A stretch of DNA of 64,000 nucleotides from Polyangiales bacterium. GTDB lineage: Bacteria; Myxococcota_A; Polyangia; Polyangiales; Polyangiaceae. Both the position numbers and the translations under genes were made by a program. The notes under the pieces are model-generated. The model did no database searches. It was not told the origin of the DNA and saw only the letters and a program-made list of their open reading frames with translations. The stretch covers positions 64,001 to 128,000 of the forward strand of contig JBBRLQ010000017.1 of the NCBI GenBank assembly GCA_038231275.1, read 5' to 3'. This document shows, piece by piece, positions 27,612 to 37,547 of this stretch (positions are counted from its first letter, which is position 1; every line of letters starts with the position of its first letter).

Positions 27612-29485
27612 CGCCGGCCTCGCCCGCCGTCCTCACCCGTCTTTTCGCGGTGCTTTGCGCGTTCGGCGTGCTGGTCGTCACGCGCCCCGCCGCCGCCGCA
27701 CCGCCCGAGCTACGCACGCAGATCACCGCCGACACGATCGGCGTCGGCGAGGTGATCCAGCTTCAGCTCCAGGCGATGAGCACGGGCCCCGAGCGGCCTG
27801 CTGATCCCCGCCCGGGGAACATCAACGGCTTCAGCCTGCGCGGCACGAGCGTGTCGCCGAGCACGCAGACGATCATCATCAACGGTGTTCGCACCGACAA
27901 GGTCGGCGTGACCGCGACGTGGAGCCTGTGCGCAGACAGACCTGGCACCTTCACGATCGGACCGCCGACGGTGAGCGTGGGAGGTCGTCGCTTCAGCGGG
28001 CAGCCCGCGAAGATCATGGTGCTCCCGGCTGGCCACGCCCCGCCGCGGCCTCAAGGCGGCGTCGTCGATCCGATGGATCCGTGGAAAGGGATCTTCGGCT
28101 TCGACTTCGGAAACGCTCCCGATCGCGAGGAAGATCCGCGGATCACGACGGATCCGAAGCTGTCGCTCGACGCGCCGCGGGGCGCGACCGCGTTTTTGCA
28201 CGCGACGATCGATCGCGCGCGCGTGGTCGTCGGCGAGCAGGTCACGCTGTCGGTTCTTCTTTACGTCGACGCGATGGAACGCGAGCCCGATTTCACCGAC
28301 GTGCACGAGGCGACCGCTGGCGACTTCCTGAAGCGATCCTTGCTCGACAACGACGCGCAGCCGCGCTTCCTCGGCGCGGCGCTCGTGGGCGGGCGGCTCT
28401 ACAACGTGAAGATGATCCGGAAGAGCGCGCTCTTCCCGCTCAAGACGGGCTCGCTCGAGATCGGCCCGATGACGCTCTCGCTTGCGCGCGCGCGTGGAGA
28501 CGCGAAGCGCGAGAGCGAGCCGGTGCGCGTCGATGTCACCGAGCCTCCGGTCGCCGGACGCCCCGCCGGGTACATCGTCGGCGACGTCGGGCACTTCGAG
28601 ATCTCCACGGAAGTGACGCCGCGCGACGTCGAGCGCGGGGGCGCGGTGGGGGTGACGATCGAGCTCGGGGGCACGGGAAATCTCCCCTCGCAGCTCCCCG
28701 TGCCGACGCGCGCCGGTGTGGAGTGGCTGACGCCGGAGACCCACGAGAAGCTCGGCTCCACGCGCGGGACCGATCGCTTCGGCGGTAAGCGGACGTTCTC
28801 GTACGTCGTGCGAATGCAGACCGCGGGCGACGTGGACCTCGGCGAGCTCCAAGTGCCGTACTGGGACCCGGACGCGCGGACGTACGGCGTCGCGCGCGGG
28901 AAGCTCGGCGTCGTGCACGTGAAGGGCACGAGCGCGCCGTCCGCCGCCGACGCGCCGGTCGAAGCGCTGCCCGGTCTGCCGGAAGCGCGGCCCGCGCTCG
29001 CAGGTGGAAGGCCGGCCCTGCGGCGATTCGGCGATTCGTGGCTGTACTGGGCGGGGCTGCTGGTGGCGCCGCTCGCCTACCCGTTCTTTGCGGGCGCACG
29101 GGCGGCGTCACGTCGCGCTCGAGCGCGGCGCGCCGAGAAGGCCGGCGATCCGCGGACCGACATGAACGCGCGCATCGCCGAAGCGGAGACCCATGCCCGC
29201 GGCGCCGACGCGAAGGCGCTCGATCTCGCGACGGCGCGCGCGCTCGAGGCGAGCACCGTCGCGTGCGCCAACGTGAGCCTGCGCGCCGCGACCGGCGACG
29301 CCGCGGCCGAGGAGCTCTCGAAAGCCGGCGCGACCGAGGACGACGCGCGATCGCTCGCGGAGCTCTATCGCACCTGCCAAGCGGCGCGCTTTTCGCCGGA
29401 GGCCGTGCCCATCGAGGACGCGCGCGCCCGCTGGAAACAAGCGCGCGCACTCATCAAGGCGCTCGGGAAGGCGCGGGCGGCGTGA
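27608..29485 (+). CDS. batD: BatD-family protein
   Basis: Signal; VGEVIQL, PGTFTIGP, VGEQVTL, VGDVGHF, GGTGNL, PYWDP; C-terminal TM. Confidence 0.88.
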   Translation: MTPASPAVLTRLFAVLCAFGVLVVTRPAAAAPPELRTQITADTIGVGEVIQLQLQAMSTGPERPADPRPGNINGFSLRGTSVSPSTQTIIINGVRTDKVGVTATWSLCADRPGTFTIGPPTVSVGGRRFSGQPAKIMVLPAGHAPPRPQGGVVDPMDPWKGIFGFDFGNAPDREEDPRITTDPKLSLDAPRGATAFLHATIDRARVVVGEQVTLSVLLYVDAMEREPDFTDVHEATAGDFLKRSLLDNDAQPRFLGAALVGGRLYNVKMIRKSALFPLKTGSLEIGPMTLSLARARGDAKRESEPVRVDVTEPPVAGRPAGYIVGDVGHFEISTEVTPRDVERGGAVGVTIELGGTGNLPSQLPVPTRAGVEWLTPETHEKLGSTRGTDRFGGKRTFSYVVRMQTAGDVDLGELQVPYWDPDARTYGVARGKLGVVHVKGTSAPSAADAPVEALPGLPEARPALAGGRPALRRFGDSWLYWAGLLVAPLAYPFFAGARAASRRARARRAEKAGDPRTDMNARIAEAETHARGADAKALDLATARALEASTVACANVSLRAATGDAAAEELSKAGATEDDARSLAELYRTCQAARFSPEAVPIEDARARWKQARALIKALGKARAA

Positions 29486-30318
29486 CGGTCTCGGCGCGCC
29501 TAGTCGCCATCGCGATGGCGATCGTCGCGGCGCTGGCGATCGTGACCGGCGACGCTCGCGCCGACGCGGAGACCGACGATCTCGTGAAGGCAGGGACCCT
29601 CGCGCTCGCCGCCGGGAAGCCGGCGGAGGCGATCGGGAGCTTCGAGGCCCTCGCCGATCGCGGCGTCGTCGACGCGAACATGAGCCTCGATCGCGGCCTG
29701 GCGTACGCCCTTCGCGTCAAGCTCGGCGCCGACGCTCCCGGCGATCTGGGTCGGGCGGCGCACGGCTTCGAAGAGGCGCGCGCGCTCACCGCGGAGCCGG
29801 TCTTCGCCGCCGAATGCGCGCGCGCGCTCACGACCGTCCGCGCCGAGGTCGCCCGGCGTCGCGCGCGCTCCGGCGAGGCGCCGAGCCTCGAGCCCGGCGC
29901 GTCTCTCGCGCGGAGCGTCGCCCACCTCACGTCGGAGAACGGCTGGGCGCTGCTGTCGCTCGCGACGTCGCTGCTGTTCGGCGTCGGCCTCTTCGTGCGC
30001 GGCCTCGGCGAGGCGCGGCGCGCGCGGATCGGCGGAGCCATCGTCGCGTCGATCGCCGTCCCTGCCCTGCTGCTCGGGATCGCGATGCATGTCTTCGCGA
30101 AAGACGAGCGCCTTCACTTGGTCGAAGGGGTGGTCGTGGTGGCGAGCGCGCGCCTCACCGACGACGCGCACCGCCCGCTCCCCGACGCGCCGTTCGTCCC
30201 CGAGGCGGCGAAGGTCGAGATCCTCGATACCCGTGCCGGTTGGGCACGCGTGAGGTGGGGCGCGCTCGACGGCTGGATCTCCTCGAGCGCCGTACGCCCG
30301 ATCGCCCGTCTGCCCTGA
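29482..30318 (+). CDS. batE: BatE-like TPR/TM/SH3b protein
   Basis: GTG 29482 overlaps the batD stop; DLGRAAHGFEEA; C-terminal SH3b-like GWARVRWGALDGWI. Confidence 0.78.
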   Translation: MTVSARLVAIAMAIVAALAIVTGDARADAETDDLVKAGTLALAAGKPAEAIGSFEALADRGVVDANMSLDRGLAYALRVKLGADAPGDLGRAAHGFEEARALTAEPVFAAECARALTTVRAEVARRRARSGEAPSLEPGASLARSVAHLTSENGWALLSLATSLLFGVGLFVRGLGEARRARIGGAIVASIAVPALLLGIAMHVFAKDERLHLVEGVVVVASARLTDDAHRPLPDAPFVPEAAKVEILDTRAGWARVRWGALDGWISSSAVRPIARLP

Positions 30319-30417
30319 ACGCGGCATGCTAGGATTTCCGCGCGATCGGCGCGCGCGCCGCGCGTCTCTGACGACGTCGCGCACTGGAAACGCCCGCGAA
30401 CGCGGCCTTCCCGAAAA

Positions 30418-31785
30418 ATGCTCCACATTCTACTGGTCGAAGACGATCCCGATGTCCGTAGCGCGCTTCGTGGCGCGATGGAGGAGCCTGGCCATCACGT
30501 GGACGCCGTGGCGGACGGCGCGGCGGCGCTCGAGAAGCTTGCGGGGCAGGTCTTCGATCTGGTGGTGACCGACCTTCGGCTGCCAAAGATCGACGGCCTC
30601 ACCGTGTTTCGACGGACGCGGGCGCTCGCACCCAGCACCGACGTGATCCTCATGACGTCGTTCGGTGCTGTCGCCGACGCGGTCGCCGCGCTGAAGGAGG
30701 GGGCGTACGACTACCTCACGAAGCCATTCGAGCTCGACGATCTCGCAGCGCGCGTGCGCGCGATCGCCGACAAGCGCGCCCTCACGCGCGAGCTCGAGGA
30801 GGCGCGCGCGCAGCTCGCCGGGGCGGCCGACGGCGCGATCGTGGGAGGCGCGCCCGCGGTCGTCCGGCTCCTCGAGCGGCTCGGCACCGTCGCGCAGAGC
30901 GACGCGTCAGTCTTGGTGACGGGCGAGACCGGCACCGGAAAGGAGCTCGTCGCGCGGCGTATCCACGCCAAGAGCCCGCGCCACGCCGGGCCGTTCGTCG
31001 CGATCAACTGCGCCGCGTTCCCCGACACGCTCCTCGAAGCCGAGCTCTTCGGCTACGAGCGCGGCGCGTTCACCGGCGCGGCCAAGCGGCGCGACGGCCG
31101 GTTCAAGGCCGCCGACAAGGGCACGCTCCTCCTCGACGAGATCGCCGAGATGTCCCTGCCCGCGCAGGCCAAGCTCCTGCGCGTCCTGCAAGAGGGCATC
31201 ATCGAGCCGCTCGGCACCAACACGGGCGTGAAGGTCGACGTCCGGGTGATCTCCTCGACACACCGCGACCTCAAGCGCCGCACCGCCGAGGGCCTCTTCC
31301 GCGAAGACCTCTACTACCGCCTCAACGTCGTCGGCCTCCACATCCCTCCGCTCCGCGAGCGGCCCGGCGATCTGCCGCTGCTCTTGCAGCATTTTTTGCG
31401 ACGCTACGTGGGGCCGGGAGATCCGCTCCCGGAGGTGTCGGTGTCGGCGTGGCAGGCGCTCACGACCTACCCCTTCCTCGGCAACGTGCGGGAGTTCGGG
31501 CACGCGATCCAACACGCGGTCGTCCTCGCTGCGGGCGCCCCCATCGAGATGTCACACTTGCCCGACGACATCGCGCGAGCGCTCGTGCAGCGCCCCGCCG
31601 AAGAGCGCGCGATTCGCCCGCTCAGCGTGGCGGTCAAGCAGGCCGAGCGCGAGCACATCCTCAAGGCGCTCGCCGTCGCGAAGGGCAAGCGCACGCGCGC
31701 CGCAGAAATCCTGGGGATCTCGCGCAAGAACCTGTGGGAGAAGCTCCGCGCGCACGATCTGTCGGACTCCGACGTCGACGACTGA
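30418..31785 (+). CDS. NtrC-family sigma54 response regulator (REC-AAA+-HTH), intact
   Basis: LVEDD, TDLRLP, KPF; GETGTGKE; GAFTGA; LLDEIAE; FREDLYYRL; AAEILGISRKNLWEKL. Confidence 0.96.
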   Translation: MLHILLVEDDPDVRSALRGAMEEPGHHVDAVADGAAALEKLAGQVFDLVVTDLRLPKIDGLTVFRRTRALAPSTDVILMTSFGAVADAVAALKEGAYDYLTKPFELDDLAARVRAIADKRALTRELEEARAQLAGAADGAIVGGAPAVVRLLERLGTVAQSDASVLVTGETGTGKELVARRIHAKSPRHAGPFVAINCAAFPDTLLEAELFGYERGAFTGAAKRRDGRFKAADKGTLLLDEIAEMSLPAQAKLLRVLQEGIIEPLGTNTGVKVDVRVISSTHRDLKRRTAEGLFREDLYYRLNVVGLHIPPLRERPGDLPLLLQHFLRRYVGPGDPLPEVSVSAWQALTTYPFLGNVREFGHAIQHAVVLAAGAPIEMSHLPDDIARALVQRPAEERAIRPLSVAVKQAEREHILKALAVAKGKRTRAAEILGISRKNLWEKLRAHDLSDSDVDD

Positions 31786-31805
31786 AGCGGCGAGGGTGAG
31801 GCGAA

Positions 31806-33173
31806 TCAGCTCGCGGCCGCCTTCTTCGGCAGCGTGAACCAGAAGACCGAGCCGAGCCCCGGCGACGAGCGAACGCCGACCTGACCGCCGTGCGCGACGC
31901 AGAATCGCTTCACGGTCGCAAGGCCGAGGCCGAGGCCGGGCTGCGTCACGCCTTGCGCGCGCACGTACGGTTCGAAGATCACCGATTCGAGGCCGAGCGG
32001 TACTCCGGGGCCGGTGTCCTCCACCTCGAACCGCACTTCGTCACCGTTCGGCAGGACGCGCACCGTGACCTTCTTCACGGCGCTGTCGCTCATGTACTTC
32101 GTCGCGTTGCGCAGCAAGTTCGTGAGCACCGCGCCGAGCACTCCCGTACTGCACGCGACCTTCACCGGGTCGAAGGACTCCACCGTCACCTCCGGCCCCC
32201 CAACCTCCTTCGTCGAGAGCACCTCGGCCACCGTCTCGTCCAGTACGGGGCCGACGTCCGCGTCCTCGTCGGTGCTCGGCTTGCCGCCGGCGCGCGAGAA
32301 CTCGAAGACGCCATCGACGAGGCTCTGCGCGCGAACGATGCACGCCTTCGCGCGGGCCAGCGCATCGGTCAATTTCGGATCGCCCTCGCTCGGACGTTTG
32401 AACGCACTGAGGCAGAAGGAGAGCGCAGACAGTGGGCTGAGGAGATCGTGCGCCACACGCCGGCCGAACAGCTCGAGATCGGCGGCGCGCTGCTCGACGA
32501 GGGCGTTGTGGGCTTCGAGGAGGCGACCGTGCGCCTGGAAGACTCGAAGCACCCAAAGCGTCGCGAGCACCCCGATGAAGAGCGCGGCGGCGTTCAGCGC
32601 CACCGATGCGCGATCACCGCTCTCCCGAAGGTCGGCGATGTGACGTGTCTCGTCGACGGCGTGGTGGGCGTTCAGGTCCATGAGGCGATCCAGTGCTCCG
32701 ATGCTGCGCCGAATCCCAGGACGTATCTCCCGATCGATGACCTCTCGGGCCCCGGCGGTGTCCTCTGCTTCCAGCCTCCCCTTCAGCCTACGACCCGCCA
32801 CCTGGAGCGCCGCGATCTCCCCGGGCACGGTCGAGGAGAAGAGATCCCACTCGCCTGGGTAAAAGGGCGTCTGGTGGTAGTATTCGATCTCGCGATCGAC
32901 GGCTCCCCAGCGCGATTCGAGGTCGATGAGCGTTGCTGCGCGCTCCCGGGTCGGAAGGTCCGGCAGCGCTTCGGAGCTCATCTCGATGTCACGCAGCTCG
33001 TCGCACGCGGCGTTGAGGTGCTCGAGGCTCGGCAATGAGTTGGTCAGGAGGCCGACCGTCTTGGCGTCGATCCCGAGGTTGCGCACGCTGAGGTAGACGG
33101 ACGATCCGAGGAAGCACAGCGCCACCAAGGAGAACGCCAGAACGATGTTGCGGGTGTAGCTACCGAATAGCAT
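31806..33173 (-). CDS. membrane sensor histidine kinase (two TM, periplasmic helical sensor)
   Basis: H-box VAHDLLSPL; N-box NLLRNATKY; DTGPG; IFEPY; GLGLGLA; start moved to ATG 33173 (GAGGAG upstream). Confidence 0.93.
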   Translation of the reverse strand: MLFGSYTRNIVLAFSLVALCFLGSSVYLSVRNLGIDAKTVGLLTNSLPSLEHLNAACDELRDIEMSSEALPDLPTRERAATLIDLESRWGAVDREIEYYHQTPFYPGEWDLFSSTVPGEIAALQVAGRRLKGRLEAEDTAGAREVIDREIRPGIRRSIGALDRLMDLNAHHAVDETRHIADLRESGDRASVALNAAALFIGVLATLWVLRVFQAHGRLLEAHNALVEQRAADLELFGRRVAHDLLSPLSALSFCLSAFKRPSEGDPKLTDALARAKACIVRAQSLVDGVFEFSRAGGKPSTDEDADVGPVLDETVAEVLSTKEVGGPEVTVESFDPVKVACSTGVLGAVLTNLLRNATKYMSDSAVKKVTVRVLPNGDEVRFEVEDTGPGVPLGLESVIFEPYVRAQGVTQPGLGLGLATVKRFCVAHGGQVGVRSSPGLGSVFWFTLPKKAAAS

Positions 33174-33319
33174 GGGCTCCTCAGGACGATCCGCGACGGT
33201 GACGCCGTTCCCGGAAGGTAACGCGGCGGCAGGCAGTCGAGTCAAATCCGGTCGTTTGTTCCGCGTGTCCCGAGTGCACTCCACGCAGCGTGCCACCTAC
33301 GGGAGCTCCGCTCACGGAA

Positions 33320-33335
33320 CGGCACAGGGCTTGCG
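33320..33335 (+). promoter_or_regulatory. sigma54 -24/-12 promoter
   Basis: CGGCACAGGGCTTGCG, GG(33321-2)-N10-GC(33333-4). Confidence 0.7.
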
Positions 33336-33347
33336 TTGGCGCAGAGG

Positions 33348-34517
<1,170 letters not shown>

Positions 34518-34524
34518 GCGACGC

Positions 34525-35331
34525 TCACACGCCGTAGCCGGCGAGATCCTGTCGAAGCCCAACGAGCCGCCGCGCCGCCTGTATGACCAGCGCGACGCCG
34601 TCCGTGAGGCCTTCCTTGACGAGCGGCACCTGCGTCGCGGCGAAGAGCCCTTCTTCGGTCTTCACGAGCGCGCCCAATCTTCCCGCGTGCTCCGCGACGA
34701 GCACCGCCAGACCTTGCGCCATCGCGCTGAGCGTCTTCATCTCCGCGACGATCGCCGGATCGGCGCCTGGCGACGCGAGCGCCTTGTCGACCTGGCCCTT
34801 CACCGGATCCATCGTGTCGAGATCGGCGGCGACGATCTGGAGCGCCGCGGCGGCCTCCTCGCGCAGCCGATGGACAACCTGGGTGGCTTGCCAGCACAGC
34901 GCGTACAGCAGCGTGACGGCATCGAAGAACCCGTCGTACGGCGGCGCGCCGACGCGAACGTACGCGAACGCGATCGGCGTCCCGTCTTTGGCCCTCGCGC
35001 CGACGAGGAAGTCTTGCCCCTCCTTCCCTTCGTACTTCGCGAACGACGGGTGCAAGTCGGAGAGCTTCACGTTGCCTGCGGGCGGCGCGTCGGGTCGCGC
35101 CTTCGTCATCTTCGCCGTCACCTGCGCGAGCGCGTCCCCGGCTTGCGCGAGCGCGGTCGGGAGCTCGGCGAGCGTCCCTTCGAAGTGCCTTGCTTCGATG
35201 CGCACCGCAGCATCGGCGCTCGGCGCCGGCGGAGCCACGGGCGTCGCCACCTGCGTCTCCACGCGGGGAGGCGCGCAGTGGGCCAACAGGGCGACGACGC
35301 CGAGCGCGCCGAGGCACGCGACCTTCTTCAT
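34525..35331 (-). CDS. hypothetical helical lipoprotein
   Basis: MKK-hydrophobic-LAHC signal; amphipathic helical body; TAGGAT 7 nt upstream. Confidence 0.78.
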   Translation of the reverse strand: MKKVACLGALGVVALLAHCAPPRVETQVATPVAPPAPSADAAVRIEARHFEGTLAELPTALAQAGDALAQVTAKMTKARPDAPPAGNVKLSDLHPSFAKYEGKEGQDFLVGARAKDGTPIAFAYVRVGAPPYDGFFDAVTLLYALCWQATQVVHRLREEAAAALQIVAADLDTMDPVKGQVDKALASPGADPAIVAEMKTLSAMAQGLAVLVAEHAGRLGALVKTEEGLFAATQVPLVKEGLTDGVALVIQAARRLVGLRQDLAGYGV

Positions 35332-35487
35332 GGCGCCGATCCTATCCGCGGCGAGGGCGAATGCATCGCGTGTTCCAGGCTCTTGATACCGGAAATCGGC
35401 GTTGGCAAGGACTTGTCGGACTCCCGACAGGCCTCATTTTCATTAGTAGCCGGCGCATCCCGCGTCGGTCTTTCGAAGGAGTCGATC

Positions 35488-37482
35488 ATGCTTCCGGTTC
35501 ATGGCGCGGAGCTCGCGCTGGGTGGCGTGTCGCTCTTGCTTCTCTTCTTCGTCCTGGCGGGCGTCCGCTACATCCCCAATAGCCGCATCGGCGTGCTCGA
35601 GAAGCGCTGGAGCGCGCGCGGCTCGGTGAAGAGCGGCCTCATCGCGCTCGCGGGCGAAGCCGGCTATCAACCGGCGGTCCTGCGCGGCGGCATCCACTGG
35701 CGCATGCCCGTCCAGTACCGCGTGCACAAGATGGAGCTGGTCACCATCCCGCAGGGGAAGATCGGCTACATCTTCGCGCGCGACGGCAAACCCCTCGGCC
35801 CCACGCAGGCGCTCGCGTCGAACGTGACGGCCTCGAACTTCCAAGACGCGGCGGCCTTCCTGCTCTCGGGCGGCGAGCGCGGTCCTCAGCGGAAGATCCT
35901 GCGCGAGGGCACGTACGCGATCAACCTCGCGCTCTTCGTGGTCATCACGGAGACGCGCGTCCTCTACCTGACGATGGGCAAAGAGGAGGACCAGACGTTC
36001 CGGGCGATGGCGCAGGTCATCCACGAGCGCCAGGGCTTTTCGCCGGTCGTCATCAAAGGCGCGGACGATCTCGTCGGCGTCGTCACGGTGCACGACGGTC
36101 CGTCGCTGCCGCAAGGTGAGATCATCGCCCCCGTCGTCGGCGACGACGCGCACGACCCGCGCACCTACCACAACACGTTCCAGGATCCGGAGACGTTCCT
36201 CGCCGCCGGCGGCGCGCGCGGTCGTCAGCTTCAGGTCCTGGTCGAAGGCACCTACTACATCAACCGCCTCTTCGCGACGGCCGAGACGATCCCCAAGACG
36301 GTCGTCGAGGTCGGCAACGTGGGCGTCGTGGTGTCGTACGTCGGCGCGACCGGGGAGGATCTCTCCGGCGCCGCCTACAAGCACGGCGAGCTCGTGCAGA
36401 AGGGCATGCGCGGCGTGTGGAGCGCGCCGCTGCTCCCTGGCAAGTACGCGTTCAACACGTACGCCGGCAAGGTCATCATCGTGCCGACGACCAACTTCAT
36501 CCTGAAGTGGGTCAAGACCCAGGTGGGCGCGCATCGCTACGACGAGAACCTCGCCGAAGTGAGCCTCATCACCAAAGACGCGTTCGAGCCGAGCCTGCCG
36601 CTCAGCGTGGTCGTGCACATCGACTACCGGAAGGCTCCGCTCGTCATCCAGAGGTTCGGCGACATCAAGAAGCTCGTCGAGCAGACGCTCGATCCGATGG
36701 TGGCGGCGTACTTCAAGAACATCGGCCAGACGCGCACGCTGATCCAGCTCCTCCAGGACAGGAGCCTCATCCAGGAGCAGTCGAGCCTGGAGATGCAAGC
36801 GCGCTTTCTGCACTACAACCTCGAGCTCGAGGAGGTGCTGATCGGCACGCCCACGTCGGCCGGCGGGGACACGCACATCGACCAGATCCTGACGCAACTG
36901 CGGTCGCGTCAGATCGCCGAGGAGCAGGTCGAGACGTACGGACGTCAAGAGAAGGCGGCCAAGAAGGAGCGTGAGCTTCGCGAGGCCCAGGCGCGCGCCG
37001 AGCAGCAGACGGCGCTGACGAAGAGCGAGCTCGACATCACGGTGCAGAGCAACCTCGGTAAGGCCGAGTACCAGCGCTCCGTCCAGCAAGCGGCCCAGAT
37101 CCGCGCGCTGGCCGAGGCGAACGCCGAGAAGGCGGCCCGTCTCGGCATCGGCGACGCGATCGCCATCGAGGAGCAGGTCCGCGCCTATGGCGGCCCGAAG
37201 TACCAGGTGACGCAGCAGGTGATGACGAAATTCGCCGAGGCCATCGCCGAAGCGAAGGTCGACATCGTCCCCAAGGTCATGATGGGCGGCCACGGCGACA
37301 AGGACGGCGGCAGCCTGCTCGAGACGCTCCTCGCGCTCATGCTGTCGGACAAGATGGGCGGCGCGGAGAACGGCACCTCGCTCGGCGCGCCCGCGCGGCC
37401 GGAGGTGGAGGCGCTGAAAGCTCAGGTGAAGCAGGGGATCATGGTCAACCTTGCGTCCTTGCCCTCCGCGAAGCTTCCGTAA
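35488..37482 (+). CDS. SPFH/flotillin-family protein with extended N-terminal repeats
   Basis: AAGGAG SD; N-terminal TM; repeated GxRG..L..G.Y.IN units; SPFH core; AE/Q-rich coiled coil; VDIVPKV. Confidence 0.9.
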   Translation: MLPVHGAELALGGVSLLLLFFVLAGVRYIPNSRIGVLEKRWSARGSVKSGLIALAGEAGYQPAVLRGGIHWRMPVQYRVHKMELVTIPQGKIGYIFARDGKPLGPTQALASNVTASNFQDAAAFLLSGGERGPQRKILREGTYAINLALFVVITETRVLYLTMGKEEDQTFRAMAQVIHERQGFSPVVIKGADDLVGVVTVHDGPSLPQGEIIAPVVGDDAHDPRTYHNTFQDPETFLAAGGARGRQLQVLVEGTYYINRLFATAETIPKTVVEVGNVGVVVSYVGATGEDLSGAAYKHGELVQKGMRGVWSAPLLPGKYAFNTYAGKVIIVPTTNFILKWVKTQVGAHRYDENLAEVSLITKDAFEPSLPLSVVVHIDYRKAPLVIQRFGDIKKLVEQTLDPMVAAYFKNIGQTRTLIQLLQDRSLIQEQSSLEMQARFLHYNLELEEVLIGTPTSAGGDTHIDQILTQLRSRQIAEEQVETYGRQEKAAKKERELREAQARAEQQTALTKSELDITVQSNLGKAEYQRSVQQAAQIRALAEANAEKAARLGIGDAIAIEEQVRAYGGPKYQVTQQVMTKFAEAIAEAKVDIVPKVMMGGHGDKDGGSLLETLLALMLSDKMGGAENGTSLGAPARPEVEALKAQVKQGIMVNLASLPSAKLP

Positions 37483-37547
37483 GCGCATCGCGAAATTGGA
37501 TCCCCTAAACACGCGCAGGCCTGTAAGAATACGGGGCGGAAAGGCGA

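Noticed and set aside
33280..33296. Minus-strand TGGCACGCTGCGTGG as a sigma54 promoter for the kinase
   Set aside because: Perfect -24 element, but the -12 position reads GG rather than GC
35402..35416. TTGGCAAGGACTTGT upstream of the flotillin gene as a sigma54 promoter
   Set aside because: Spacing is one base short and the -12 reads GT
34687..35487. Long N-terminal extensions or fusions suggested by the ORF track (also 45448-47346, 43046-44521, 4365-4754, 770-1289)
   Set aside because: Extensions overlap real neighbouring genes; SD, coupling or -10 evidence supports the later starts
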